From assembly GCA_030141605.1 (NCBI GenBank), contig JAQGDQ010001306.1:1-48306 (forward strand): a DNA stretch of 48,306 bases, in the 5' to 3' direction. Shown here piece by piece: positions 22,515-38,864 of the stretch. The notes beneath the pieces were generated by a model. That model ran no database searches. It had not been told where the DNA came from and saw nothing but the letters and a program-made list of their open reading frames with translations. Position 1 is the first letter of the stretch; every line of letters starts with the position of its first letter. Origin of the DNA: Tubiluchus corallicola (Eukaryota; Animalia; Priapulida). Made by a program: the position numbers and the translations under genes.

Positions 22515-22692
22515 GGGTGGTTGACGTTTTTAGTTTTTCGCCACCCTTTCACCAATCACTTGAACATCATTAACTCAGATAATTTATTCATTTAATAATC
22601 TTGTCACTTTGTATCATATTATCGTTTCATGCTCTTCTTGTAAAAAATGTGATAAATAAAGATACTTACTTACTTACTTACTCACTTACTTA
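22515..22692 (+). mobile_element. LINE/SINE 3' end with (TACT)n tail, copy 1
   Basis: GGGTGG..CCACCC hairpin, AATAAA and TACT repeats; homologous to 38500-38863. Confidence 0.65.
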
Positions 22693-23049
22693 ATATAACT
22701 CCAGAGTGCATTATTTTATATGCTTAATCCTGTATGTCATTAATCCACTTATTTTGTATATCAGCTGTACTAATTAAACCTGTGTACCTCTGATTATTTA
22801 AACAGACAGTATATTCTCTGCTTCTAGGCCCCGAGAAAGGCGAATTGTAAGAATGACTGCATGAAACGGTGGCGTGGTTTTTTGTAAAGCCTTTACACAT
22901 CGCTAAGTGTGAACAACTACACGGTGTACATTAACCGTTAGAATACCAAAGTTCTCTAAATAACAGCTTTCCTGTATTACGTACTTTTAGATATGTCTGT
23001 AAAACACAAAACTTTCTTTATTTACAAACATTTGTGTGTTTGTTTACAG

Positions 23050-23292
23050 TTACTAGTCAACAATGCAGCACCATCTACAGTTTCATCGTCGTGTTGTGAA
23101 TCCGGACGTCCGATTATGACGGATCCGACAACGGGACAGACAGTTTGTTCTTGTCAGTACGACAGCGCTCGCTTGTTGAGTACGTATCCTCGAATGGCCG
23201 CTGGATTGCCCATGTACGGCTCACCGTATGCTGACCAGACTGGTTACGTTCCAACGTTTTCTACTGATCCGTCCGCGTTTTATTCCCCTCTG
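23050..23292 (+). CDS. Irx: Iroquois coding exon 2
   Basis: TTTACAG, then LLVNN..CCESGRPIMTDPTTGQTVCSCQYDSARL..SAFYSPL, then GTTAGT; this Cys motif is conserved in araucan/caupolican-type Irx proteins. Confidence 0.93.
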
Positions 23293-23322
23293 GTTAGTAC
23301 CAACCTTTATATAAGTATTATA

Positions 23323-23680
23323 TTTCATTTGTACATAGTGTGTTAACCATAGTGTAGTCAACGTATATGAATTGCAGTTTAAAGATCTCTGGTTCAAATC
23401 CATGTAAGACTCCGGTTGTTTACTTTTCCTACTGTGTTTAATTTAAAACAGTAAATTCAGCTGTAGCTTTTTAGTATTTCGACAATTAAGCGTTTGGTTT
23501 AGTAAAACGTATTGCTACACTAGATTTAAAAATGTCTGAAACAGATAACATACCTGATAAACAATTTAAAAAAGCAAAAATGACAAACAAACTGCAAGGC
23601 AAGTAAAGTGACCAATTTCAAGTAAAATAGAAAGTACACGTTGCAAATTTTCCACCAAAACTGGGTCAATTCCCAGTTTT
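23323..23680 (+). repeat. ~350-bp dispersed repeat, copy 1
   Basis: Direct copy at about 26020-26383; B-box-like GGTTCAAATCC near the start and terminal hairpin AAACTGGG/CCCAGTTT. Confidence 0.8.
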
Positions 23681-23780
23681 TGAAGTTCATACTAGTCGAC
23701 TGTATATCACTGTATCGGTATCTGAGAAAAAAATAGATGATTATTTTATTTATCGGTACTGTCTAAGTATGACTTAGCTG

Positions 23781-23957
23781 AAAAAAGTCTTTATTTATAT
23801 ACAAAATTAGAGTCTAACTGTTTATCGATTCAAAAAAAACTTTATTTATATACAAAATTAGAGTTTAAGTGTTTATCGATTCAAAAAAGACTTTATTTAT
23901 ATACAAAATTAGAGTTTAGGTGTTTATCGGTTTAAAAAAGTCTTTATTTATATATAT
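23781..23957. repeat. 51-bp tandem repeat, about 3.5 copies
   Basis: TTTATTTATATA recurs at 23790, 23841, 23892 and 23943. Confidence 0.9.
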
Positions 23958-24989
23958 ACTACAAACGCTACTTACCAGGGAATTACACCATGTAATATTA
24001 TGCGTACATATTTTTACTTTGCAATTACAAACTTGCTTATGTACTTTGCCTGCTCTTATCACATATGCGTGTCGAACATTTCCCCCTCTCCTTTCATCCT
24101 CATCTCTTTGCGTCCATAGATACAGAGCTATAGTTGGATGTACATCAGCCTCTCTTGCTTTGGAGTCGTTGCAATAATATGACTTACCATAATAATAATA
24201 ATAGCCAACTAAAAAACCTTCACTGCTACTGCTGGATCAGTTTAATTTCTCTATAACCGGAAAAGCTAGATACCTCTACACAGGGCAGCAGCAGTACATT
24301 AAACAAAGTTGACACACTACCTTTACCGTTTACTGAAAAGCTTAAATTTATTACACACTACGTGTACAAAAAAAATCATATTTCTTTTATAATAGTATTA
24401 TTTGATACTCCGCTAACTTACCTTATATTTAGATTACAATCACAGTCCCGCTTGTAGGCATCTTCGGGGGGTTTCTACCCCGCCTAGTCATGGATCAGCC
24501 CCACCTCTTGACTCAACAATGTTAAATGTGAAGTATTTGAAAGCTTACATTATACTACTTCACATAGGCTACTCCATTACAATCTATAAAACTCTAATGC
24601 ACAGGTGAGTGTAACCGCTACGTAATTTCATTGATAACCGGCCCCTCATTAAAACGTTAATTCAGCGCCAGTCTCAGACGCATTACTATTATTATTATTA
24701 TTTGCGATTTTTGAATTTGAATAACCCGTTTTAAAGCATGCACCAATCACTTTCGCAAAGTTTTTATTCGGTTGAAGAAAACAAAATGTAATAGGGTATA
24801 GTGTGAACGTTTGACTAAGGTTAATATTGCAATATTATGTAGTTTATTAAGTTAAATTTCGTTCAGTGTGTGAACTAAGCAATATGTTTGAGTGAGGTAC
24901 AATACGTAAATAATAAGCATAAATTTATTTTTATACTACGCAGCAGTTCTTATAAGTCCAGTAAGAAACCTTTGTCATAGTTAACAACT

Positions 24990-25500
24990 AATTATGAATT
25001 ATGAATTTGAATTATGAATTTATTCCACAGCAACACAAACATACATACAAATTGATATTACATTGAAAAAAAATTATAAACTAAACGAGTTACTGTGAGG
25101 AGGAGGAAGGAGCATTGAGCTTTCGAGTCCTCCTCCAGATAAGTGGAACAATTGACAATTAACATTACATTTTCATCAGTTATAACGTAGATTAGAACAA
25201 AATAAGTTTTGTTAGTAACTTAAGATCAGAATGAGTAAAATTGTGAGTTAATTATACCGTGGTACTTAATAATTCTTTGTTGCTTTTTTAAACTGATAAA
25301 GATTAAGAGTTTTCATTTCACGCGGAATTGATGACCATATTTTAATAGCATTATATTTTGATGACTGTTTCATTATATTTGTTTTTGGAAGAGGGAGTAC
25401 ATAGTTTTCGACTGAATATCTTGTGTAATGATCATGTTGATTTGAAACTGGACTAAAGTATGACTGAAAAGCTGGTGGAAGTTGTACTAATTGAAAATAA
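24990..25500 (-). mobile_element. CR1/L2-like LINE 3' fragment
   Basis: ORF 25266-25508 has the H.H.TR...P..KT....Y.A..IW..IP...FKK ORF2 C-terminal pattern; 3' hairpin GAGGAGGA/TCCTCCTC; short-repeat tail. Confidence 0.75.
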
Positions 25501-26019
25501 TTACTCAAATATTGTCCTTAACTGACTTATTTTAAATGTGAAGTACATAATTTATTCACTCCACGGATTCTACTTACAATCATCTTGTTATGTACCCTAT
25601 ACATATATGTGTTCGAAGCCAAAGGTTCCTTTAAACAGTGCAGAGGAGCCGTTAGTATTAGTATTAAAGTCTTGAATTCAAAAGATTTTCTGTGTAAGTC
25701 AGGAAGTGGTATTGACATTAAACTGTAAAACTTTTCAAACGAGTTAGGATTAAAATTCGTTATTGTAATTAAAATGGAATGGAATTAAGATTGAATGAAT
25801 TTTAGTCAGCTTGTAATGAATTTTAGTCAGCTTGTAACTGACACTTGGTCATAATGATGAAACTATGGTATTGCGATTCTAGTATATATATATATATATA
25901 TGTATGTATATACTAGTACTTGATGCTGTGTCTGCAGAAATGAGTATATTATAGACTTACACAGAACAGAATATATATATATATATAAGTATCAACCTTT
26001 AGAGAAGTATTATATTAAT

Positions 26020-26383
26020 TTTCATTTGTACGGAGTGTGTTAAACTTGTGGTCAACGTATATGAATTGCAGTTTAAAGATCTCTGGTTCAAATCCATGTA
26101 AGATTCCGGTTGTTTACTTTTCCTACTGCGTTTAATTTAAAACAATAATTTCGGCCTGTAGCTTTTTAGTATTTCGACAATTAAGTGTTTGGTTTAGTAA
26201 AACGTCTTGCCACACTAGATTTAAAAATGTCTGAAACGGATTACATATTTGATAAAAAACTTAAAAAAGCAAAAATGACAAACAAAATGCAAGGCAAGTA
26301 CAGTGACCAATTTCACGTAAAACAGAAAGTACCTGTTGCAAATTTTCCACTAATTGTCAATAAACTGGATGAATTCCCAGTTT
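26020..26383 (+). repeat. ~350-bp dispersed repeat, copy 2
   Basis: High similarity to 23323-23680. Confidence 0.8.
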
Positions 26384-27054
26384 AAATAATTATATATATA
26401 ATATAGCTCTGAAAACAATTTGTAAACGTAAATTATAAACATATAAATAGTATACGAAAATGAAATTTACTCACCCAATGCTTTAAGTTTATTAATAGTT
26501 TACTCAAGAACACTATGGTATTGACTCTCAAGTAAAGCAGGTTTTGTTTCACAAACTGAAAGTCAGTTTAAGTAAAATAAGCAGAAGCTAACTACTTTTT
26601 GAGAAATGAGCAATAACGTATACTAGGCGCAAGCACTTAAAATATATTCCACGCTTCTGAAAAGTGATGATATGTTTATACTTCTTATCTATAATTTATA
26701 AAGGGTTGATTGTGCATGACTCGAGGCAGTACATCTTGTTAGGTCCCTGGTACTGCAAAATCTGTCTTAATTTTTTCAGTAATTTTGTAAATATTGGTAA
26801 AACAGCTAGTGTGTAGTGTCTTTGGGTTTATACGATTGAATTTAATGCAGAAATTTCACCTGCCAATGCTGTCATTACTGTGAGTACTGTATCGTTCTGA
26901 TGTCATCTTAATTACCGCTAACACTTTCCAATCATGAATTAAGCACATTAGCAATAGTAGACTATATTATTTACTTGTTACAAATTCAGTTTCGGGTTGA
27001 CTAGATGAATTCCCAAAATGATGACGTAATACTGATTCATTAATGGACGGCAAT

Positions 27055-27460
27055 TATATATAATATATAATAATCTTTATTTGCCAATAAAATACATTGA
27101 TAATCACCGATAAAAACTTTACAGAGATGATCAATCAGTGTTAGTTAATAAAAACTTACACTGCTAAAGGCAAATGCGTCAGTGCAATCTAAACTACTGT
27201 GCAGTAATGGAAAGTTACGACGAATAAAATCAAACGTATTTACAACTATGTACAAAAAATAAAAAACTATGATTTAATTAATATGGCCGTGGATATATGA
27301 ATTCTGAATTAGTGTGTATGTTGTCGTACTGGTGTGATGGTATTTCATATCTGGTTAATATTAGTGATTTTAATTTTGTTTTAAATGCTGATAGGGATTT
27401 GATTTGTTTAACCTGTAATGGTAGAGAATTCCAAAGTAGAATTGCTCGTTTGATTACGAC
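27055..27460 (-). mobile_element. CR1/L2-like LINE 3' fragment
   Basis: Minus strand 27370-27460 reads VIKRAILLWNSLPLQVKQIKSLSAFKTKLK; tail is shared with the 14200 region. Confidence 0.7.
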
Positions 27461-29597
27461 CTAGATGTAGAGCGATTTGACAATCACCCTGCAAAATGCT
27501 AGATGGATTACACATTGCTTAAATAAAGTGCTGCTGTTAACATCACAACTTATGAAGAAAATGTTACAGAACTGTGTAGCGTTACAAATATATAACAACT
27601 AAAACGTTTTTGGTCAGAGCGTTGAAGCTGTGGTAAGACAATGTCCTGGTTCGAGCCTCTCTTTAACATTTTCTATCTAGCTAAAAAAATTTGGATAAAA
27701 CAAACTGCTGGGAATCTTATATTCCGTCTTAGTACGGCAAACTTGTCGTACGGCAAACTTATCGTCCACACAGGCCACCAAGTACCTCAAAATCCGTTAA
27801 AATCTTTTTCCGTAACTTGTACAAAAATCGTTCTGGCTAACAGCTCACATTTTCTTTCTTATGGAAAATTATGTATTAAAATACGAGGCATTCCAACCAA
27901 TAAATAATATAAAGAAACGCGTAGCAAATGAATGTTACGAAAAGAAAAAAATTTGGTATTACTAAAAAATTTAAATTTAAAATTATTGGAACCAACGCTG
28001 TCTGCAAAGTTGTCGAAAAGAGAAATGCCGGCCGAACAAGTGCTGGCTCAGTGAAGACAACCATATACTCTGAAAAAAAATATTTTAAAAATTTATGTTT
28101 TGTTTAGAAATTTTTGCAAATTTTTTGCATTAACGAATTTCTTTAATTTGTATGTTGTGTGGAAATATGAAGCTTCGTTTGTAGAATAACTTTTCATTAG
28201 TTCACGACTTTGTATCAATTTATTTATCAATTATCAAAATAATTGTACTTTATAAATTACATAAACGTGAAAGTTGATCGATCCTCTGGTATTTAACATA
28301 ACATATCAGTATTGAAATTTAAACATCATTTCAATTATACAATTTTTTGACTTACGTCTGTGATATGTATATCATAATTATGATAGGCATACACGGCTGC
28401 ATACCAGTAATTTAACACAGAATTATCTAGATAATTGCAATAGTCTAGCATAGGCCTACTTTGTTAGCTGTAGTGAGTAAGAAAAAAGGGACAGACCTAC
28501 AGATCAGAAAAGGAAAGCGATGTGTATACGAAATTTTAAATCTAAAGTTCGAAAAGTATAGCTTCCAACTTTCAAGTGTAGTTACTATGTTTGAATAGGT
28601 TTGAAATTATAACAAACAGTTTACAAAACATTTAAGCTAATTAAAAAAGGGTCTGTTCGAGTTTCAATCTCACAAAGTGTTTACTTTCAATGCAGCTCAT
28701 AGAATCATAATACCATAGTGATGCTGACTAAAATTTATTTAACTCTAATTCTAACTCGTTTGAACAATTTTTGCAATTTAAAATTTACAGTTTAAATGTC
28801 GATATCCTTCTTAACTATTTTGCGTTATTCATATTGAACTTGACACCTTCATACAATTTGAAGAGTGTAAATTACACTGGAATTTGCATTGGAAATTTTG
28901 AGGTTTCTATAAATCCTGTTGGGATGCATCCCTGATATCTTCCGGGGATGCAATGCGCATCCTCTGGTCAATGAGTATAAAAGCTGTCTAAAGTTTCACA
29001 CTCCCCGTCACCGACGTTTATTTAATGTGATATTCAATATCAACCCCCCGCTCTCCGATAAGCCAATTGGGCGGACACAGTGAGCGGTAGTCTTTAAAAC
29101 TGGAAACTTATCAGCGTAATCTGACCAGCTACCGAGGTTTTATCGATAAACAGTCGCTGCGAATGATGAAAACTTTATTTCTTGTTGAATAGAAGTTTTC
29201 CGTGTTTTTCTATAAGCGCTTCCATTGGGGGTTTTACAGCACCCCCTATTGGGCATTGTGTGAAGATGTTGTGCGGCTTGGCTTCATTTGTGACCATGCG
29301 TTGAGATGACACGTAAAATAATGGACTGCTAAAAGGTATCTGTCAGACCAAAGCAATTTCTTTCACTTCTTAAAGAAGCTATTAAGCACAGAGTAAACGT
29401 TAAAAACGCGAATCAAATGGCCAAAAGATTGCGCCTGAACAACTTGTAGAAATTTATTTAGCAGAGAAAAAACAAAGTTAAAGACTATAGAGCAAAATAA
29501 AAGCAGCGAGGTTAGACCTGGTAAATTAGTGGCAAAATTTTTGGCTTCAAATTATTTTGAATAAGACATAGAAATGTACAGAAGCAGGGGGGGAGGG

Positions 29598-29961
<364 letters not shown>

Positions 29962-32522
29962 GGGGGTTAAAGATTAGTATTGCATATTATGTAAAACGGA
30001 CAGGGGCGGAATATACAAGATACGACAGTTTCTCAAGGAATGGCTGAATAAATAAATAGTAAATTAATGAGTGAACGAATGAGAAAATGAAGGCGCAAAT
30101 GAGCAAATAAAAATGTAAGTGACTAATCAACGAATGAACAAAATTGTAAATCAAATTGTACAAGTAAGTAAATAAAATAAAACAAATCAACAAGCCAAAA
30201 AGCAGCAATCAAGTAAGTAAACGAGCAAACACACAAACTGACGCACTCACCGACCGAACAATAACAAAACATACAGGCAGTCATACACACATACGGGTGA
30301 TTTTAATAGATTTCTCATTTTGACACTTCCGCAATGAGTGCTGAGCTGTGATTTTACTGACAAAGGCCACATATGCGCATCTTAGTTAAAACAAAACTCG
30401 AAATGCTTTGCGAACTTGAATGAAGTCCACAAGTTAGTAGTTGTATTAATGTATTTACACACAATAATTAGTCTAATTGGTCCTACTTTTCCTCAAATTT
30501 TTTTGGCGGATTGATACCTGTTTGAATAGGAACTTTAATTTGGACCAGTTTAGGCAAGTGTGGCTTTGACTTTAGCAAAAAAAATCGGTTGTGTTACTCA
30601 CTCTAACAAAAACTTATGTAAATAAAAATTTGGAACTTTATTTTGGAGTTAAGGAGTTTTTGCGATTTGGTTTTAAATTAAGTATACTGAAATCCCGTTA
30701 TAAAATGAAATTCACGACAAATTGTGCGTGTGGTCTTCGGTTTTTGCTTAAAATAATTTGTTTTTTGCATAGATCAATAAAGATGCAATATAATAAATTA
30801 ATAATTGCGTAATATACATTTATTTGCTATACAAATCACGTTGGCTATTTTATTTTGTGCACTTTAATACGTTTACAAAATTTAATTTAAAAGTATCAAA
30901 ATTACGATTTAAGCAAAAATGGAGGTTTCCGCTGACGTCTTTGTGTCTCAAACTCATTTAATTACGACGGCGCGAAAAGCAGAGGTCAATGAAAATCAAT
31001 AGAAGAAGATAGATAATTAATGAGCTGTTATCATAATCAATAAAAATGATCATATAAAGTGTAAAATGTCATTATTGCGATGATGCAGTGCTAAACGTAT
31101 TGATTGCGTGCGTGCAGAGTGAAGAGACGTCAGACGTCTTAAACAAACTGTTTGGGAGTCTTTTGTTGAGTTTGCGTATCCTTGAAGCAGCTCTTGTTTA
31201 CTCTTCCCGGTGATGTGCTTGCTGGAATACTCCAAGCTAATTTGTTTATTTTATTATCTATATGCGCTTATTTATTTACATACTAGTTATGTGTTTAGAT
31301 AACGTTTAATTTTTTCTTGAATTTTTTTTCGTTTCTGTTTTAATTCATTATATATTTATTTATTATTTATTTTCTTATTTATTTACATGATTATTTTTAT
31401 TTCTTTATTTGATTATTTATTTGTTTGTTTATTTATTTGATTGTTTGCTAATTTTTCATATTATTTGTTTTTATTTATCCATTCATTCATTTTTTATTTC
31501 TTTATTTGATTATTTATTTATTTATTTGTTTATTTATTTGATTGTTTGCTAATTTTTCATATTATTTGTTTTTATTTATCCATTCGTTCATTTTTTATTT
31601 TTTTATTTTTTTATTATTTGTTTTATGTATTTGATTTTTATTGACTATTGTTTGGTTCAACATTTTATAATTTGTGTCATTGTAACTCCACAAGGCCAAC
31701 ATTATTGACATGTTATGATTCAGTGGCGGAAATGGTACAAAATATTGTCAAAAAGTTTGAATGCTTTTTATCAATTTATCAATTTAATTTTCTATTAACT
31801 TTTATTTTTGCTCGAATAACCTCACCTATAAATTTTCATATTTTCATATTCTTGGCATGTTCCATTATCTCAGGTCGTTCAGAAATCAATTTTTATCCTC
31901 TTGTTACGCGTGTTTTTAAATCTAAATTCCACTATAAATCAGTCAAATGGATAAACCAATCTCTTTCTGCATGCGCATTGTGCAATCATCGTGCACAACA
32001 TAATGTGCTATTTAAATCATTATTGTTACATTCGGTCGAACAAGCAGTACTTTACCTGCAATTTAGAGCGTTTCTTTCTATGCTGCCCATTAGTGATTTC
32101 ATGCACCGTGATGTAAACACGTGTAATATAAACGTGATGTACGATTAGACCTAGATCACAATTTGGCGTAAATAATATTTCTACTTTCCGTGCCAGACTT
32201 TGGACGCTGTACAGAAATCATGTCACTGAGTTGAAACGTTAAGCCTGAAAATAGGTCTGTCCTCACGCAACGCAACTGTCTAAAAAATCTCTTGTTTTGT
32301 TACCCCTCGTGCGTCTTCATTTTGGGTTATGGATTTTTAGAGACAGGATTGTTCCCTGTGGCCCGGCAGATTCGAAAAGACTGTACCAGCAACAGGCTTA
32401 ATCGAAATCACGAAATGGCGTCCCTACTTTTTCCCCCCGCCATGCCAATTATTATTGAATGCATTCTCCTGTCATAGTGGTCATTATTGGATCAACGTTC
32501 TAACGTTCTAGCTGTGTTGAAC

Positions 32523-33118
<596 letters not shown>

Positions 33119-36100
33119 TTATGGATAATTGTAGCTGGATTGGTAACCAAAAATTACAACTTAGGGGACAACTTAGTGCAGCATATCATACAGTACTATA
33201 ATGTAAGTGTAAACAAACATTAGTACTAAACTTTATGTACTTATGGCAACAACAATTAACGGAAAGTACAAAATTATAAACAAAACATTACGAGATTTGG
33301 TAGGGATGACTGTGGAGACGAGTCTTAAAAGTAGTCAAGTTAGGGACATTTACGACTTCAAATGGCAGAGTTCCATACATTGATTACTTGACTTTTTCTT
33401 ATCATCGCAAAAACGTCAAAACGAGAAAAAGTTTGACATTTTACAATTTTACAAAATACGTTGCAAACATAATTTACGTTACAATTATAACCTGCCCGAC
33501 TACGAAAATTAAAAACGACATTTAAATATTTACAATTAAGGCAAGTTCTGATAAACGAGCCCTCTAATTATATTCACTTTAACACAACTTAGGAACTAAT
33601 GATCTGTTGAAGTTGTTATTATTCGGAAAAGATGAATTTAACTATGTTGCTATCTGTAAAATATTCTAATGCATACATGACTTTATATTACGTACTAAAC
33701 GCTTCTAGTAGTTTCTATCTGATATGAAATGCAACAGTCTTAAATATTCGTACATTAATGTTTTCTAACCGTCATTTTCTACTAATGTCTAATGTAATCT
33801 TGTAGTAAAACTTGTCAGCTTGTGTAGCTATAGTCTATTCTTACTGTAAATGTTTTTTTGTAAATAGTGTATAAAGTCTGTTGTGGTGAGGATCCTAAAT
33901 CATGTTGTTCAAACTGTCTGATCTAATCCTATAATAAATTATGTTTAAACTAACACAAGTCCAGTTTCGTAGCCTTTGGTCCTCTTAATAAATAATAACA
34001 TAAAGTAACAAAATCTGTTTATTATTGTTCTGATTTCGCGACCATAAAAGTTTAAAAATTCATGGTTAACTATTGATAGGACAAAAAAACGTCTCAGGGA
34101 CAAATTCTAAACTCGTAGTTTGCTCCAAAAACCGAGCGCCTACCGGTTATACCAACGTCAGACCACCGCAGAGCACCTATAATTAATTATCAGCTTGTCC
34201 GGTTTAGCTGTGAAATCTATTTACTTTCTTGAAAAATGAAAAATGCTGCCACTCTAGACGTTAAGGTACGCAGGTTAATTACCGGAAAGTTTACCTGAAT
34301 ATTAAGAAACGAAGATAAATTCTTACTGCAGGTGCGAAGTCCCCGTGAACATCATTCATTTACATCCTAATATAAAAATCTAGCTGCTCTATAAAGAATA
34401 CTCAAACATTCTTTTCTGCAGCTTTTCATGGAAGAAGCTTAAATCGTTTTTATGATTATCAAAGCGTTATAATGATCAATAATTTTATTGGAACGTAATG
34501 GACTTAATAGCATACAATAAACTATATCAATCATCGGAAAACATGATAAACATAGTTTAACTTTTTATAACTGTTAATGCAGTATTAATAAATAGCTCAG
34601 TGGTCACCACAGTGGTCAGTAGCTCAATTCAAAATGTAGTCACTCCCTTTCAACTTTTAAAAAACCGTCAGAAAAGAAATATTTCAAAAGTATTGAGAGT
34701 AACACAATTTGATAATGGTAATCACCTGCATTCTTTTTCCACAGTAATCTTAATAAAACGTGACTATGCTCAACAGGTTACTGAACACTTTATAATCATG
34801 ATCACAGTTTTTCTTAGTTCTCGCTCCATTTCATCTTTCATTCACTACCCCCCCCCCCATTTTATGTATATATTATCATTATTTCAATTATTAATCTCTT
34901 CTTTAAGATTGCCACGTACAGTTTGGCCTGTCAAGCTATGCTTTTATGCTCAAACTGTATGCATCAAAATTACTCTGTAATGTAATTTGCAAATGTATAT
35001 GCTGCATAAGAATCTCTTCTGTAATTTCTGGATTATATTGCAATAATGTTTATATTTACTTCAGTGAAATTATCTGTATTTTTATTATAACTGTTAGATG
35101 CAGAGTGGAAATAAATAAACTTATAACTAATAACTTATAACTAGAGGACTTATCAACAATGATCCAACACCAGAACAGGCGTCGCTAACAATACCTGTTG
35201 AATTAACTGCCTTAAAGAAAATGGCGTAATTATAGCTTATTAACTGTGGCGGCCACGGCTTCATAATATAATCCTGCGAGTTTAGCTTTATTGCCCACAG
35301 AAACGGAGACGCAGATGTGAAACAGACTTCAAGTAGAAACAGATACAGTTTATCCTTCTCTGCATATGTCAGTGCTCCATTACACTAGCCAGCAACCTTC
35401 TAAGCATCATCATCTAACAGAACGACTCGCAAACACACAAACAAATACACACACTACTGAAAAAAACGGCAATTTTTAGAACATTGCGCTGATATTACGT
35501 GTCTCACTACTTCAACTTAAAAAAAAACTGTTGCATTTTGGAAACGACTTGAAAAATTCTTAAGACGCAGACGTTCATAGATGCGCCAGTGACATCAAAG
35601 CTACCAGTCAAAGGATCTATTTTCAGTCGTTCCGAAGTCTTTCAGCGGTATATATAAACTCCAGTGCATAACACAGTTAAGAAGAAGCAATTACGCAGTT
35701 AGCGGGTTCAATTAAGCTTTAAATAAATGACGTTTAAACTCCGCACTGATTGCAAAGCGTTATCCTTCTAATTTTCTGTAATTATATACGATTTGCCAAA
35801 TTAACACTGCTAGAGTACAGCCAGCGCAAATTGCATGCAAAAGCAGGGCAAAACGTAAGCATGGCAATAAAACGTTTAATAACAAAATTGTAATGCATAT
35901 TATCACAGACTTAGTAATATTACCTAGATATGATGTGTTATATTTTGGTTTTCAACGTAATAACTTATTCAGGTCTTTATAAATGTTATTTATGTATTTT
36001 TATTTATTTATTTATTACTATTATCACATTCAGTACAATATAATGACATTAAGCACACAGTGACATCAAAATTATTACATCTACTATATTAAATTGTTAT

Positions 36101-36885
36101 GTTTCATACACTATCGTTATCATAAAAGATTAATTGTACTGCAGTGGGGCTGGAGAAGCAAAGGCTTGTATAAGCCCACTGTCATGTGAACCAGATAAAA
36201 AAAGAATGGATGAGTGAACAAAAAAGAACTGGGAGAAAGGTTAGATCACACAGGAAGGGTAGAAGGATGTGTTAGTGGAAATGGTAGGAAGAAAGATAAT
36301 AGATAATTATAAACTTTTAGTACTCCTTTGCAAGAATAATTAACATTAATGTACATTTATTAACCTAGCCACTTCTCAATCCACACCTTTAAGTTACATG
36401 AACGCATTGTTTCTGCATTGTTTTATATCTAAAAGGACAAAACCCCAATAAAACGCGGCTTACCAGTTCAAACACGACTAAATTAAGTGTGATTTCATCG
36501 ATTTGGTTCTAGTGACTGTAGCGTATATTGCAGCAAATTATACTGTCATTAATAACGGCAATTTTCTCATTGAAGCCGCATATTGTTGAGTCAAATATAT
36601 ATACGCAACTCGTATAATTATCGGCGGGTGGTTCCAGACAAGGCTTGGTCCTAGGTCCGCTACTTAATGCAACTTAAATGAAAAGGCGCTTTGAGCAGAC
36701 GTTGTCGTGAATCTGCCACTAATGCATTCCGCCCCCTAATGTCAGTTGAAATTGATTTAAACATTAAAATTGTTTGGTTTCTTAAACTGGACCGTTGTAA
36801 ATTATTATTATTTCTTGCGCGCATAACTTTATGTATAAGATGAATTGTTGAAATTATAAATGCGGCGTTTTTATTTCCATTTCAG

Positions 36886-36950
36886 GGCTATGATGCATCA
36901 ACATGCTATCCTTATGATCCTACCAAAACAGGTTATCCATATGCAGCAAG
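36886..36950 (+). CDS. Irx: Iroquois coding exon 3 (65 nt; not in the ORF track)
   Basis: TTTCCATTTCAG, then GYDASTCYPYDPTKTGYPYAA plus AG, then GTAAGA; YPYDP motif; enters in phase 0 and exits in phase 2, fitting the homeobox exon exactly. Confidence 0.88.
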
Positions 36951-37294
36951 GTAAGAGTTTGCGTGGCTGTTTTGCTACTTTTCTGGCTTACTAGTATCTC
37001 ACTTTATTTTGATGTTAGAATAGCACAACTGATTAAATGATCACGATATAGTTACACACGTGGTTTGCTCTATAATAAGTTTAAAGAAACATCTTTAGCA
37101 CAATAATTCGAAACAAAAAAATTTCAGAATTCGTTACAAGTCATGTATGCTTAAGTATGCCCAAGCCGGGCCGAGTACCGCTATTATGTGTTGTATGTCT
37201 CATGCAGTTGGAATGTATGGCCTTCAATCAATTATAATGCTATTTTAATATACCTCTATGTAAATTAAACATACACTGTGGTCGTTTGTTCTCC

Positions 37295-37472
37295 TCTTTT
37301 CCTTCTTCCTATCCCTAATCTTACTATTTTTTCCCATTCCATCATGTTTACTAACCCTAACCATTCTTTCATTCACTCATCCTTCCCTCCCTTCTTTCTT
37401 CCTATCCATAATCTTACTATTTTCTTGCATTCCATCATGTTTACTAACCCTAATCATTCTTTCATTCACTCA
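37295..37472. repeat. ~89-bp tandem duplication within a probable LINE 3' UTR
   Basis: CTTCCTATCC..AATCTTACTAT..CATTCCATCATGTTTACTAACCCTAA..CATTCTTTCATTCACTCAT occurs twice, followed by a stem-loop and (TTGA)n tail to about 37665. Confidence 0.7.
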
Positions 37473-37633
37473 TTTGTGCCACCTTAACAAGCCAAGCTTT
37501 CAAGGTGTCATACAGCAACTCTTTTATTTGGTTAATTTGACTTCATCAACGTTTTTTTTACCTATACTGTTTCTTTTTGTTTCAATAATATTGTATGTTG
37601 ATGTATTGTATATGTATTGCTGGAGTGAAATAA

Positions 37634-37669
<36 letters not shown>

Positions 37670-38499
37670 TATGTCGGCGTTCCCATTCAGTACAGCTGCC
37701 ATATTTAAACCGGACTGACAATAATTTAATTGAATTATTTAATAGATAGTCGAAAATTAAACTTTGTGAAAAAAAATTGTAAACTCTTGCACATTGAGAA
37801 TTCCAAAGCTATGCTACTATGTAAATAACAGTCAAGTAAATTTAAGATTTAAATATGATTGTACTGTAGATCTAAACGAAAATGTAAAATTAAAGGTTAA
37901 GAACTCATTTAAAGATTATGTTTTAAGATATCTATTAAAGCTCCTTACAACACTGTATAATGTAATATAATTACAATTATAGCTCCTTACAACTCTATAT
38001 AATGTCATATAATTACAAGGGAACTACAATGTGTGGTTATTATAAAGTTGAATGTCTGTAGATATGTTACTTTACTAATATCGCATTACCTGTTTTACTA
38101 ACATCTTTATCTTTGTAAACTGCATATTTTTATACGAAATAAACTCATAATAATAATAATAATAATAAACAAAAAGAAAATAAACGTATCTTAAAAGTAA
38201 TGACAAAACTTCACGTGACGACGTACTATTTACGAAACGATTATCAGTTTCACCTTAATATCCACTAACTGCCATCTTAGGAACTGGAGACAGTTGCTTT
38301 CAACTTACCTACTCAAACCAGTGGCTGATCTGTAGCACTAAACATCAGCTCAATTTGCAAAGACAAGATTTAGTTCATTTGCCTGTCTAATAATAATTAC
38401 ACCCATTAATTAAACCTGGTTTGAGACTAAGCTGTTTGTAAACAAAGACCTATATGTTATTGTGTGAACTAGCACTCGTTTGTTATAGGACTGGTTTTC

Positions 38500-38864
<365 letters not shown>

